DNA of 64,000 bases. It comes from an uncultured virus (IMG/VR IMGVR_UViG_3300028553_000021). Lineage: Duplodnaviria; Heunggongvirae; Uroviricota; Caudoviricetes. The stretch lies in the IMG/VR virus record IMGVR_UViG_3300028553_000021, one strand, 5' to 3'. The notes beneath the pieces are model-generated. The model was not told the origin of the DNA. It worked only from the letters and a program-made list of their open reading frames with translations, and made no database searches. Positions within the stretch are counted from its first letter, which is position 1, and each line of letters opens with the position of its first letter. The translations under genes were made by a program, and so were the position numbers. Positions 45,510 to 54,357 of the stretch are shown in pieces.

Positions 45510-47269
45510 TTCTCGTAACACTCCGCTTCTTTGGATTCGCTACCAATGGGACAGCCCGGTAGCCATTCTGGTGTGGTACTCATAATGTGTTCTACGTCCT
45601 TACATTTCACGTCCTTATCGACTTCAAGGATAACTTCGTCGTGGACGTGAAACAGAACACGAAGCCCTTGATTTTCGAGGCGCTGGACACATTCTGCGAA
45701 TACATCCCTCGCCGTTGCCTGAACTAGATTCTCACACAGCCGTCCGCCGTAAAGAGGATATTTTGGTCCCCCCAATTCGAGCGAAGCTCTCCAGTCTGGT
45801 TTGCCATGTTTACCCATTTGGGGCGTGACATCCCAATACTTTTGTGCCCGACCCGATGGAAGTTCAACGTGATAGTCTTCGCCTTTGGATTCCCGAAGCC
45901 CTCGCTCCAGCTTGCTCCATAGCTCCACCACTTTGAAATTTTTACGGCGGTAGTCATCTACCAAGTCCCTGCTCCTAGCCTCGGTGATTGTGAGGCCAGC
46001 CATGAGCTTGGCGATGAGAACGAACTTCTTGGAACCGCAACCGTAGCCCAATCCCAAGACCTGTGCTTTGGCTAGGGCATAGAGATCCTTGGATTTCTTG
46101 AAGGTACCCTTCTCACCCTTCCACATCCCCGTCGAGATGGCGAAGGCTTCGTAGATGCCGTAGCCGTTCCTTACAGCCCCAAGGAGAGCCGTATTGCCAG
46201 CGAGCCATGCCAGTACCCTAGGTTCGATCTGGGACAGGTCTGAGATGATGAACTTCTTCCCCGCCCTAGGGATGAGACAAGCCCGTAGGTCTACCCCGAA
46301 GCATGGGTCCCTTGGTAGGTTCTGGAGGTTAAACTTGCTGTCCCCCGACCACCTACCGGTATGGGCACCAAAGTACTTTAGCCCGAAAGGCATAGTCCCG
46401 TCAGGACGCCGGCGACGATGGAGCATGTGCATTTTCTGCAATAGCATGTTGGCCTTACGCCAGTCCCGCATAGCCCCGACCCATGGGAACTTCTCGCCAT
46501 AGGTTTCCTCCCATAGCTGACAGCCAGGATCGTCTTCGGAAGTAGATGGTGGTACCTCGATGCCAGCCTCACGGCAAGCCTTGGCTAGCCCAGTCACGGA
46601 TAGTACGTCGCTGGTGTAGTCCCCGTCGGTCTTCCATGGCATGTGCTCGATTGCCTTGATGCGAATCCAATCGAGGGCGTTCAGCCCCTTGTCGACCATC
46701 TCGGTGTTCACATTGATGCCATGCCACCCAGCCTCGATGGTGTGCTTTGATAAAAATTTTTCCACAGCAGACATGCGATTACCGAAAGTCTCGTAGAGAT
46801 CCAAGCAATGCTGAGCATCCTTCGCTGCGTAGAGCTTAAACTCCGTACCCTGCTCGGTATCCTTGACCTCGTTCCAAGTCTTGCCCTTCATAGCCGAGCG
46901 AGGATCTTTCGACATGTCTACTCCGAGGAGTTGCTTAGAAGCCCCAGCTAAATTGCGAGGAGCGCCCATGTATGCAGATAAGTTGGCGGTGCAGAAGAAT
47001 TCCCTTGGCCTAGCTTTGGTGATCCCCAGCTCGTGTAGACGCTCAACACAAGATCCGTCGAAAGCGTAGTTGTGCGCCACCCAGCGACCCCCCTCGATTT
47101 TGTCCCAAGGGGCCATTTTCGGGGGGCCTACAAAGTCCACCCCCGGCCCCTTGATTGCCACCATATAAATGTCCGCGTTTTGGTGGCGCAGGTAATGCCA
47201 CGTCCCTAGCGTAGTGATAGACGTTTCCTTATCGTAGTACGTTTCAAAATCTATTGCGTATGTGTTCAT
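45506..47269 (-). CDS. polA: Family A DNA polymerase with 3'-5' exonuclease
   Basis: 'IDFET', 'HNYAFD', 'TGRWSG', 'NLQNLPR', 'DLSQIEPR', 'KAQVLGLGYG', 'HVHDEV'. Confidence 0.95.
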   Translation of the reverse strand: MNTYAIDFETYYDKETSITTLGTWHYLRHQNADIYMVAIKGPGVDFVGPPKMAPWDKIEGGRWVAHNYAFDGSCVERLHELGITKARPREFFCTANLSAYMGAPRNLAGASKQLLGVDMSKDPRSAMKGKTWNEVKDTEQGTEFKLYAAKDAQHCLDLYETFGNRMSAVEKFLSKHTIEAGWHGINVNTEMVDKGLNALDWIRIKAIEHMPWKTDGDYTSDVLSVTGLAKACREAGIEVPPSTSEDDPGCQLWEETYGEKFPWVGAMRDWRKANMLLQKMHMLHRRRRPDGTMPFGLKYFGAHTGRWSGDSKFNLQNLPRDPCFGVDLRACLIPRAGKKFIISDLSQIEPRVLAWLAGNTALLGAVRNGYGIYEAFAISTGMWKGEKGTFKKSKDLYALAKAQVLGLGYGCGSKKFVLIAKLMAGLTITEARSRDLVDDYRRKNFKVVELWSKLERGLRESKGEDYHVELPSGRAQKYWDVTPQMGKHGKPDWRASLELGGPKYPLYGGRLCENLVQATARDVFAECVQRLENQGLRVLFHVHDEVILEVDKDVKCKDVEHIMSTTPEWLPGCPIGSESKEAECYEK

Positions 47270-47556
47270 TTTATTTTGATGATCGTAATATGATCTTCTC
47301 CAATGATCGCTTTTGTCATCACCTGTTCTATGAAGACCATGACTCCCAGACAAGCAGAAAGACCTTTCGTGTCTTCCCTGTCTGCTTTCTCTATTACTTT
47401 CCCTATCGCAACATGCGCCTTCACAAAATTGTCGATGCTCTCGATCGGGCCAAATTGCTGAACAATCTGCTTTGTGGCCTGAGCGGTCTCCTCGAGATTT
47501 GGGTCAGGGATTACTATGAGTTCTTTGGAGAGTTGGTCTGCTGATTTGTGGTACAT
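47266..47556 (-). CDS. Hypothetical protein
   Basis: Coupled to polA. Confidence 0.6.
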   Translation of the reverse strand: MYHKSADQLSKELIVIPDPNLEETAQATKQIVQQFGPIESIDNFVKAHVAIGKVIEKADREDTKGLSACLGVMVFIEQVMTKAIIGEDHITIIKIK

Positions 47557-47564
47557 AAAATTTT

Positions 47565-47660
47565 GCCCGATTCATCTGTTCCGTCGTCGGGACCGCTACG
47601 GTAAAAGGTTGCCCCCTACTGATAGGGCTATGACTCCAGGGGGCACCGCAGATGATACGG
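47565..47660 (-). ncRNA. Candidate small structured intergenic RNA
   Basis: Nested stems CATCTG/CAGATG, TGCCCCCT/AGGGGGCA, CCGT/ACGG. Confidence 0.35.
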
Positions 47661-47687
47661 CCACAATGAAGAGACATAACCCAAGTT

Positions 47688-47846
47688 TTATTTCTGCCAA
47701 AAAGTATTGCCTTGAGACACGTGCCTCAATTCTTCTTCCTGCTTGATCTGTCGTATCCAACTATTTCTTTCAGCCTTTGTCCCTATGACGTAGCCGACGA
47801 TTAAACCAATAGCTGTCGAACCTAGACCAACCAAGATAAAAAGCAT
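47688..47846 (-). CDS. Small membrane-anchored protein (52 aa)
   Basis: MLFILVGLGSTAIGLIVGYVIG... manual translation. Confidence 0.55.
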   Translation of the reverse strand: MLFILVGLGSTAIGLIVGYVIGTKAERNSWIRQIKQEEELRHVSQGNTFWQK

Positions 47847-47847
47847 A

Positions 47848-48108
47848 CTAGTCCAGCGTTACGATGGCTGGGCCACCATCGAGAGAAGTTGCGATTTCGC
47901 TTTCGGCTGGCTTCTCGACAATCGTACCGCCAAGTTTTTTGTTGGCGTCTTCCATGCCGAGTTCGAGAGCCTTCTGGACGTACGGCAACAAGAACATTGC
48001 CGCGGACTTCTCTTCGTTACAAACGTTTTCGTCTTGGGACATGCGGATCTCAAAATCCATTCCCTTTCCCTCTTTGTCATACTTGCATTGAATCATTACT
48101 GATGTCAT
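47848..48108 (-). CDS. Hypothetical protein
   Basis: Operon packing. Confidence 0.6.
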   Translation of the reverse strand: MTSVMIQCKYDKEGKGMDFEIRMSQDENVCNEEKSAAMFLLPYVQKALELGMEDANKKLGGTIVEKPAESEIATSLDGGPAIVTLD

Positions 48109-48383
48109 TTGTTATTACCTTTCTTTTGTTTTACTGACTCCTTCAACCATTTTTCAAAATGTTTTTTATCCACGCCCTGCATACAGTGCAGAGCATAGAA
48201 CCCCATGATAACTGCCATCATGGTATGATCTTTTGATTTATTCAGATACTCTTGATCTGGATACATGAAGGTTACCGATTTGTCGGCGTTAAACCGCAAA
48301 CCTGTCTCCTCCTGCGAGTCAATCGGCAAGACGTATAATCTCCCGCGTACGAGTAACTTTAATGTTTTAATTAGTTCCTTCAT
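48105..48383 (-). CDS. Hypothetical protein
   Basis: AAGGAG RBS. Confidence 0.6.
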   Translation of the reverse strand: MKELIKTLKLLVRGRLYVLPIDSQEETGLRFNADKSVTFMYPDQEYLNKSKDHTMMAVIMGFYALHCMQGVDKKHFEKWLKESVKQKKGNNK

Positions 48384-48661
48384 TTTTTTCTCTCCTTCTT
48401 TTTGGTTTTTGATGTTGGGCTTGGATTTTTTATTTGTCCAGCCTTTTCTTCTGCTGCCTGTCTTCGCTTCCTAGCGTGTTTTACTTCATTGCCGATAATG
48501 CCTCGGAAGCCGTCCCCGTAGTGCATACCTCGACGCTTGAAGAACTCATTCATACCTTTGTTAAATTTGGCTATCTCCACCATAGATAGTTCTCTGCTGT
48601 GACCAGATACACCCATTCTTACGCTTTCACGTTTTTGAGAGGGCCCAAAGTCTTCGCTCAT
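48380..48661 (-). CDS. Basic hypothetical protein
   Basis: ATGA coupling at MSEDF. Confidence 0.55.
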   Translation of the reverse strand: MSEDFGPSQKRESVRMGVSGHSRELSMVEIAKFNKGMNEFFKRRGMHYGDGFRGIIGNEVKHARKRRQAAEEKAGQIKNPSPTSKTKKKERKK

Positions 48662-49002
48662 TGAACCTTTCCTCTCTTCATCTTGAACAGTAAGAATGCA
48701 CAACGAACCAAGGCCCTTTCCATGTGGGCCAACCTATCCTCCCCGAAAGCATCCGGATTGGGTCGATTGCCGTCGAGTTGCATAAGTGCTTGACATATAT
48801 GGGAAATTGCGCGGTCTGCGTTATAACGGATACTATCCTGATAGTACCATTGCCCAAAGGAGCTTTTGTTTGATCCAGTCTCCATTATTTTGCAGACTGT
48901 TGTAGAAGCCTCGCTTGCAACCTCGAGAATGCTTGGGGCGAGAGCCTCTACTGCTTCCCCCTTATCGTTGGTATAAGTAAAAGCTTCATTGTTTTTCTTC
49001 AT
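48658..49002 (-). CDS. Possible dATP/dGTP diphosphohydrolase-like (DUF5664-like) protein
   Basis: 'IMETGSNK...W...GEDRLAHMERALVRCAFL' loosely fits the family. Confidence 0.4.
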   Translation of the reverse strand: MKKNNEAFTYTNDKGEAVEALAPSILEVASEASTTVCKIMETGSNKSSFGQWYYQDSIRYNADRAISHICQALMQLDGNRPNPDAFGEDRLAHMERALVRCAFLLFKMKRGKVQ

Positions 49003-49171
49003 TTTGCTTTTCTTTCGCGATTGATTTTGCTATTAACTTTGCCGCGTCAATTTGGCAGATCGCTGCTCGAATTGTGTGACAACCGCCGGCAGGCGCTTCG
49101 TCTCGAAGCTTTGCCATAATTTTTCTACCCCGCTCTAGCATGTCGATTAACCACTCTATGTCGTGTCTCAT
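48986..49171 (-). CDS. Hypothetical protein
   Basis: GGGAGG RBS. Confidence 0.55.
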   Translation of the reverse strand: MRHDIEWLIDMLERGRKIMAKLRDEAPAGGCHTIRAAICQIDAAKLIAKSIAKEKQNEEKQ

Positions 49172-49800
49172 TTATCTTCCTCCCTTTTGTTAATATCGTA
49201 ATAGAACGAATCAGTGTCCTCTGTGATCCACCTATCGGATTGGTTTTCCACAGACGGCAACTCGGTGTCTACACGAAATTGTTTTAAGTTTTCTGGCAAC
49301 TTCTTCGTCACCCAATTAGAATCCCGCCAGAAGATTCGGTTGTTAGGCATACACAGCAAGTACCCATCATCTGCAGCAAAGACGTGCCCACACTTGTAAT
49401 CGGAAGGCTCATCGCTGTAGGGGTTATGAAACCAGTCTACGGTAAACATGTAGGTGCCCCACACTTTGGTTCCATCCCTCAATACGATCTGGGCTCGGTG
49501 ATACCCTAGGAAACTATACTCGCTGACGGTCACGTTCTCCGAGAAGCAGTCCCACAATTGCTTGTAGTTGAAAGGTATATCGTTGGTAGGTTTATCCAGA
49601 TAAATTTCCGATAGCGGAACGCGGGATCGCACCATTCCAGTATCGGTCATAACGTGAAATGTTAGTATAGTTCCGGGGTAAGATTGCAGTGCAAAGACGT
49701 ATACATTGTACAATTCATCTCGGTCGGCTTCATCTTTTGTGAAGAAAGACTTTCTTACTTTGGCTTTAAAGCTTGGGATATTTTCGTTTAGAGTTGCCAT
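49168..49800 (-). CDS. Conserved aquatic-phage hypothetical protein
   Basis: 'LNENIP', 'QLWDCFS', 'YMFTVDW', 'PNNRI' motifs. Confidence 0.7.
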   Translation of the reverse strand: MATLNENIPSFKAKVRKSFFTKDEADRDELYNVYVFALQSYPGTILTFHVMTDTGMVRSRVPLSEIYLDKPTNDIPFNYKQLWDCFSENVTVSEYSFLGYHRAQIVLRDGTKVWGTYMFTVDWFHNPYSDEPSDYKCGHVFAADDGYLLCMPNNRIFWRDSNWVTKKLPENLKQFRVDTELPSVENQSDRWITEDTDSFYYDINKREEDK

Positions 49801-49801
49801 A

Positions 49802-50101
49802 TTAGGATACCATTTCCTCAACCGGAACATCTTCCTCAATTTCGGCCCAAGCAGGAGGCTCTATTTCTCGGAAGCGTTCTTGATTAAATCCTCGTTCTGG
49901 GTGGGGCGGGTGGTTTGAGGCTGGGTTAAGAAGTCCTTCTAAGTATATAACGACTTCTCCCGCTTCACCTTTCCAGTTCACCCCAATTCCCACGTCTCTG
50001 ACTTGATAAACCTGATCTTTTACTGGTAAGAATTGGTAGAAACTTACGACCTCTTTGGGAAAGTTGTCGTCCGTACAAATAACTTTTGAACCCCGTCTCA
50101 T
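49802..50101 (-). CDS. Hypothetical protein
   Basis: AAGGAG RBS. Confidence 0.65.
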   Translation of the reverse strand: MRRGSKVICTDDNFPKEVVSFYQFLPVKDQVYQVRDVGIGVNWKGEAGEVVIYLEGLLNPASNHPPHPERGFNQERFREIEPPAWAEIEEDVPVEEMVS

Positions 50102-50233
50102 TACAGCTCCTTAATTCTTTTATAAATCCAAACGAGTAAACCGACTCCGCAAGCTACTAGGGATACACCCCAGCCGATTATGATTAGTAAAAGACAACAT
50201 TTAGTAAAGATGTCGCTTAGCCAAAAAATAATA

Positions 50234-50536
50234 TCAAACAGTTGTGACATTACCAAACTCCTTTATTCCGCATTCTTTCGCCACCATCGCCTCCAGTATT
50301 GATCCCGCACTTCCGGCCCAGCCCGGAAGAAAATAGATATGGTCGGCTCGCAAAAGCATTTGCAGATCATGACGCATGTATTGAGGGCGGGGAAGATCTT
50401 GTCTCCCATCAAAGTTTTCCGCTGGATTTAATACGGTGTGGCCCAGCGCCCGCAGGACCGCGGCCTTCTCGTTAAAAGAGTCGAAGTTGTGGTTGTGGTA
50501 GCCCGTCATCGGGCCGGATAGATAGATGGTTTTCAT
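50234..50536 (-). CDS. DUF4406 / nucleoside deoxyribosyltransferase-like protein
   Basis: 'IYLSGPMTG..N..F..LNPA..LPGW..S.G..LE'. Confidence 0.85.
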   Translation of the reverse strand: MKTIYLSGPMTGYHNHNFDSFNEKAAVLRALGHTVLNPAENFDGRQDLPRPQYMRHDLQMLLRADHIYFLPGWAGSAGSILEAMVAKECGIKEFGNVTTV

Positions 50537-50709
50537 GTTACTTTGGTTTCCTCCTTTATTTGCGCCATCACTGATTCAATGTTCAAGTCTTCAGTTGCAA
50601 AGGTAATGACTTTTGCTATCCCGCTTTCTGGATCCACCCCCGTAATGCGGTAGGTGTACCAGCGAAAAGACAGTCGAAGCCACAGTAAATAAATAAGATG
50701 ATCGAACAT

Positions 50710-50749
50710 AAAATGAAAGGCACCACCACCGGTTAAGATGATGGTGCCC
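50710..50749 (-). terminator. Rho-independent terminator candidate
   Basis: GGCACCATCA/TGGTGGTGCC stem followed by TTTCATTTT on the - strand. Confidence 0.6.
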
Positions 50750-50758
50750 CTCGAATGA

Positions 50759-51505
50759 TTAACCGAAGATTGCCTTCAGTTGTTCTGCCGCCTCGGGGGA
50801 ATGTTTGCCCCCAATCTTTAGTTGGGGCACGAAGTACGAACCCGAAGGGCTAGTACGAATCTTGCTGGTCAGCTCATAGTAGGCTGTGTGGAGGCCGGAC
50901 TTCAGGAACAATTGACTGTCCGTGAAGACCTGCTTTCCGGCAGAGCGGTAAGCGCTTTTCGCCATCAAGTACTGAGCCAGTCCAAACTGCTTGTCTCCCA
51001 CGGGGAACGGGAACAAGGGATTATCCTTCTCCGGTGCCTCGATCGCTACAATGCTTTGGAGTGCTTCTGTGTACTTGTCGGCATCCACTTCCGCCTCTGG
51101 ATCATTCATCAAAGCCCCTCCTGCCGCCCGCACGTCCGCGAGTCGGTTAAAGGTCTTTGCGATTTGATCTGAACCGTACACCACATCCTGAATATAGATT
51201 TTCTGGATGCGGAGGAAGGTGATTTTCGCCGGCTTCTTGCCGTCTCCGATCACCACCTCACGGTTGTAAACGAATGCTCCAGGCTGGAACGTGTTAGACA
51301 GTTCGCCTGTTTTAGCCACGAGGTTGAGCCGAGGGACGGTAAAGTCCTTCGCCGAGAACTCTCCCTCGACTTGGCCAGCCAATGTGTTAACGGCTAGCGA
51401 AGCCATGGGCGCTTCGATAATCGCTCCTTCTTCTTTTGGTTCGTCTACTGCGGGGTTTGATGCTTTGGTTGTTTTTGCGTTGGTAGGCGCGAATGATGTT
51501 TTCAT
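50759..51505 (-). CDS. Putative ssDNA-binding/annealing protein
   Basis: 'DFTVPRLNLV' motif; position next to the exonuclease and helicase. Confidence 0.5.
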   Translation of the reverse strand: MKTSFAPTNAKTTKASNPAVDEPKEEGAIIEAPMASLAVNTLAGQVEGEFSAKDFTVPRLNLVAKTGELSNTFQPGAFVYNREVVIGDGKKPAKITFLRIQKIYIQDVVYGSDQIAKTFNRLADVRAAGGALMNDPEAEVDADKYTEALQSIVAIEAPEKDNPLFPFPVGDKQFGLAQYLMAKSAYRSAGKQVFTDSQLFLKSGLHTAYYELTSKIRTSPSGSYFVPQLKIGGKHSPEAAEQLKAIFG

Positions 51506-51512
51506 ATTTTGT

Positions 51513-52604
51513 TTAGTTTGTTTCTTTGGTTTTTGCCAAGTAGGTCACCTCTCCTCCACCTTTCAATAGATTGGCTTCGTTGAGTTTATCCTCCAAGGCT
51601 TGTTTTGCTTGTTGTTTTTGGCCACGAGGAAATGATTCCGCGTAGGCTTTTTCTAGCTTGCTCCACGATATGGTGGCGCATGCCGAAAATTGTTCTGCTG
51701 TTAATTTGTCTTTGATGATGTCGTACGTTTGCGTGGCGTCAACGATTTCTTTTTTGCCGGCGCGAGATTTGAGCTCATAGCCTGGGATGTCGCCACCCGA
51801 CATACGGAAGTCCATATTTGATTTCTTGACGCTGTCGCACCACCTCTCCATGACGCGACGGATGGATTCAGCCTGCGATCTCTGGTCAGGAGTCGCAAGA
51901 GTAAGCGGGTCTGCGAGTACCGGCAACTCTGCGTCTCGGAGCATGTCGTATCCTTTGCTGATGACGAGGGCTTTCGAATGTAGTGCTTTGCATGTTCCTT
52001 TGTTTCCACAGTAAAGACATCCTTTCTCCGTCGGGTTCAGTTCCGGTTCTGGTTGCTGAGCCCGAGCAATGATTGTTTCTACGCGGAGTCTAAGCCGATC
52101 GTAATCTTTGTCACGACTAAAAGTATGTCTGCTGATCATGTTGATGCGAGGTTGTGCGAAGACCACTTCGACTTCGTCAATCTCTTTCCATTTCTCGAAA
52201 ACCCCCACGGCGTACGCCCAGCCCTGAATGTTATCTTCCGCGTCATCCACGGCATGCCATCCGAACTTGGCGTCACCAATCTTGGCTTTGCCTTTCCCGA
52301 TCAGTACGATGTCGGCAGTACCGAATGTCTTACCTTCGGCAATCTGCAACTGCACTTCTGGGAGGTCGGCAATGATTTCGCCCAGCTCATTCTTCATTCC
52401 TTGGAAAACATCGGCAACCATCAACACATTCTTCTTCTGCCATTCGTCTAGACCCTCGTAGTTCCCTGTCTCGAGAGCTTTGTGCATCATCGTTCCCTCT
52501 TGAGCGGCGATAGAACCCCCTTCCGTTGGCTGTGGTTCGTTGTCCCATCCGGGGCAAATCTCCCGCCATTTGAGTGAACTTGGTCCGTATTTGTGGTGGC
52601 TCAT
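51513..52604 (-). CDS. Cas4-like/DUF2800 PD-(D/E)XK exonuclease
   Basis: 'GPSS..CPG', 'EGTMMH', 'GTAD..DAKFG', 'CLYC..C'. Confidence 0.85.
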   Translation of the reverse strand: MSHHKYGPSSLKWREICPGWDNEPQPTEGGSIAAQEGTMMHKALETGNYEGLDEWQKKNVLMVADVFQGMKNELGEIIADLPEVQLQIAEGKTFGTADIVLIGKGKAKIGDAKFGWHAVDDAEDNIQGWAYAVGVFEKWKEIDEVEVVFAQPRINMISRHTFSRDKDYDRLRLRVETIIARAQQPEPELNPTEKGCLYCGNKGTCKALHSKALVISKGYDMLRDAELPVLADPLTLATPDQRSQAESIRRVMERWCDSVKKSNMDFRMSGGDIPGYELKSRAGKKEIVDATQTYDIIKDKLTAEQFSACATISWSKLEKAYAESFPRGQKQQAKQALEDKLNEANLLKGGGEVTYLAKTKETN

Positions 52605-53875
52605 AGTATTGCTCCTAATGTGTCCCCGTCCGATAGTGTTTCAATGTTGTGGAGTTTTCGACGGAGGCTCCTAGCGATTTGTGTTTCAACGGTTCCGTTT
52701 GCGAAAAGCAAGTATTGCCTACTGGGAGACAAAGCTCCCGCTCGATGAATTCTTCCGAGAGCCTGCTTGGTATCGATCGCCGAGTACGTTGGCGCGATAA
52801 GACTGATTCTTGGTACTCCTTGCAGGTCATGTAGGGACAATCCAACACCACCCGCCTGAATCATGCAAGCACATATTTTTACTTTGTTTGCTTGAAAGTC
52901 CGCGATATTCCGTACACGGTCATCATCTTTCTGATCGCCAATGATTTCTGTCGATTCCTCTCTGACAAGGTTTCGGTAGGCTTCAAGCGATTGTCGAAAA
53001 TTGAAGAAAGCAACGACAGCGTTTCCTTCTGCAATCGCTTGTTCGGTAAGTTCGACAAAGACAGGTACACGCATCAACTCCGCTTCTTGCCTCGCACGGA
53101 GTTTGATCGTGAGCGGATTGTCGCTCCATCTTTTAGCTTTGAGTTCCGAGATTTGCGCTTGCATTTTTTCGTAGATGATGTCGACGTCCCCCATGTCGTA
53201 GCACTCTGCAAACACGGAGTTGCTTGGGAAAGCGTCCCCGAGGTCAGCGATTCGGATGCGGTGTCCTTTCTCCGGAAAAATAGATCTGTGAATTTCTTGT
53301 AGCATTTTCTTTCCGCCCATGAAAGCCAGACCACGGCCCCATGGGGCAGGTCGACAACCCATCTTGTAATTCCACCGGTAGAAGTCGTGGTATTCATGGA
53401 GGCCCAACATGAAGCCTGTCGCTCGCATGTCCAGCGGATTCTCTGCAGCGGTCGCGGATAACATCAGTACTGGGTACTTCTTAGAGCCCGTAAGTATTTT
53501 AGCGTTAACGCTTGTTGGTCCTTTACACCGGTGAACTTCGTCAAAAATTAAAAGTTTCGCCCCTCGGAAAGTCCACTCCCAACTCTTGGCGTCGTTCCAT
53601 TTTCCGAACCTTGTCTTCCCGGTCTTTAACTTCTCGTAGTTTATAACGTCATGCGTTATACCCCCTCGTTCTAGCCATTCTTTCCAAGATGGGATAACTG
53701 CTTTTGGGCAGACGACAATGACGTCCGCTTGTAATTGTTGGGCAAGCCAGACGGCTTTGGCTGTTTTACCTGTGCCAGTATCGCTGGCGTCGAGGGCTAC
53801 GTTATTTTTCTGAAGACTTTGTAATAGAGCTTCCGCTCCCGGTTTCTGCCACTCGAACAATGTGATGTCTGCCAT
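52601..53875 (-). CDS. Superfamily 2 (SNF2-like) helicase
   Basis: 'DTGTGKT', 'DEVH', 'SAT', 'QALGRIHR'. Confidence 0.9.
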   Translation of the reverse strand: MADITLFEWQKPGAEALLQSLQKNNVALDASDTGTGKTAKAVWLAQQLQADVIVVCPKAVIPSWKEWLERGGITHDVINYEKLKTGKTRFGKWNDAKSWEWTFRGAKLLIFDEVHRCKGPTSVNAKILTGSKKYPVLMLSATAAENPLDMRATGFMLGLHEYHDFYRWNYKMGCRPAPWGRGLAFMGGKKMLQEIHRSIFPEKGHRIRIADLGDAFPSNSVFAECYDMGDVDIIYEKMQAQISELKAKRWSDNPLTIKLRARQEAELMRVPVFVELTEQAIAEGNAVVAFFNFRQSLEAYRNLVREESTEIIGDQKDDDRVRNIADFQANKVKICACMIQAGGVGLSLHDLQGVPRISLIAPTYSAIDTKQALGRIHRAGALSPSRQYLLFANGTVETQIARSLRRKLHNIETLSDGDTLGAIL

Positions 53876-54311
53876 ATTCGAGAATCAATAGTGCATCCGC
53901 CGTCGACAATGTCACGCTCAAATTTGGAAATCTTCTTTGAGCTTCAGCTTTCAGTTTATTCTTCCATTCTGTTTTGCTGGCCATGCCTTTGCTGTTTCCC
54001 AAGCTCAGAGCTTTTTGCCACGCTTGCGGACGAACCATTTCGATTCGGTACCCTAGCGTCATAGCCACTCCTAGGATAAACCCAAACCCTCGGCCAAAGT
54101 TAAACATTGCTGAACCCGGACTGCCCGCCCCACCCACGTAACCACCCACTTGTTCGATTACGATCACGTCGTGGCACACTCGAAGACTTTTTAGCTTACC
54201 CAGCACATCTCCCTCGGTCTCAGGCATTTTTACAGCATCGGCCATACCGTTCACAGTAATGGACGCTATGCCCCCACTCGCTCCAGGATCAATAGCTACC
54301 ATCCAGATCAT
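53802..54311 (-). CDS. RuvC-like Holliday junction resolvase
   Basis: 'AIDPG', 'IEQV', 'FNFGRGFG', 'PQAWQK', 'ADALLI'. Confidence 0.85.
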   Translation of the reverse strand: MIWMVAIDPGASGGIASITVNGMADAVKMPETEGDVLGKLKSLRVCHDVIVIEQVGGYVGGAGSPGSAMFNFGRGFGFILGVAMTLGYRIEMVRPQAWQKALSLGNSKGMASKTEWKNKLKAEAQRRFPNLSVTLSTADALLILEYGRHHIVRVAETGSGSSITKSSEK

Positions 54312-54357
54312 CTCTTATAAAAAGAGTGGATTGCCAAGCGGATTCTGATACTATCAA

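Noticed and set aside
51513..52604. Cas4-like gene as part of a CRISPR system
   Set aside because: Solo Cas4-like nucleases are routine in phage replication modules; no array is present
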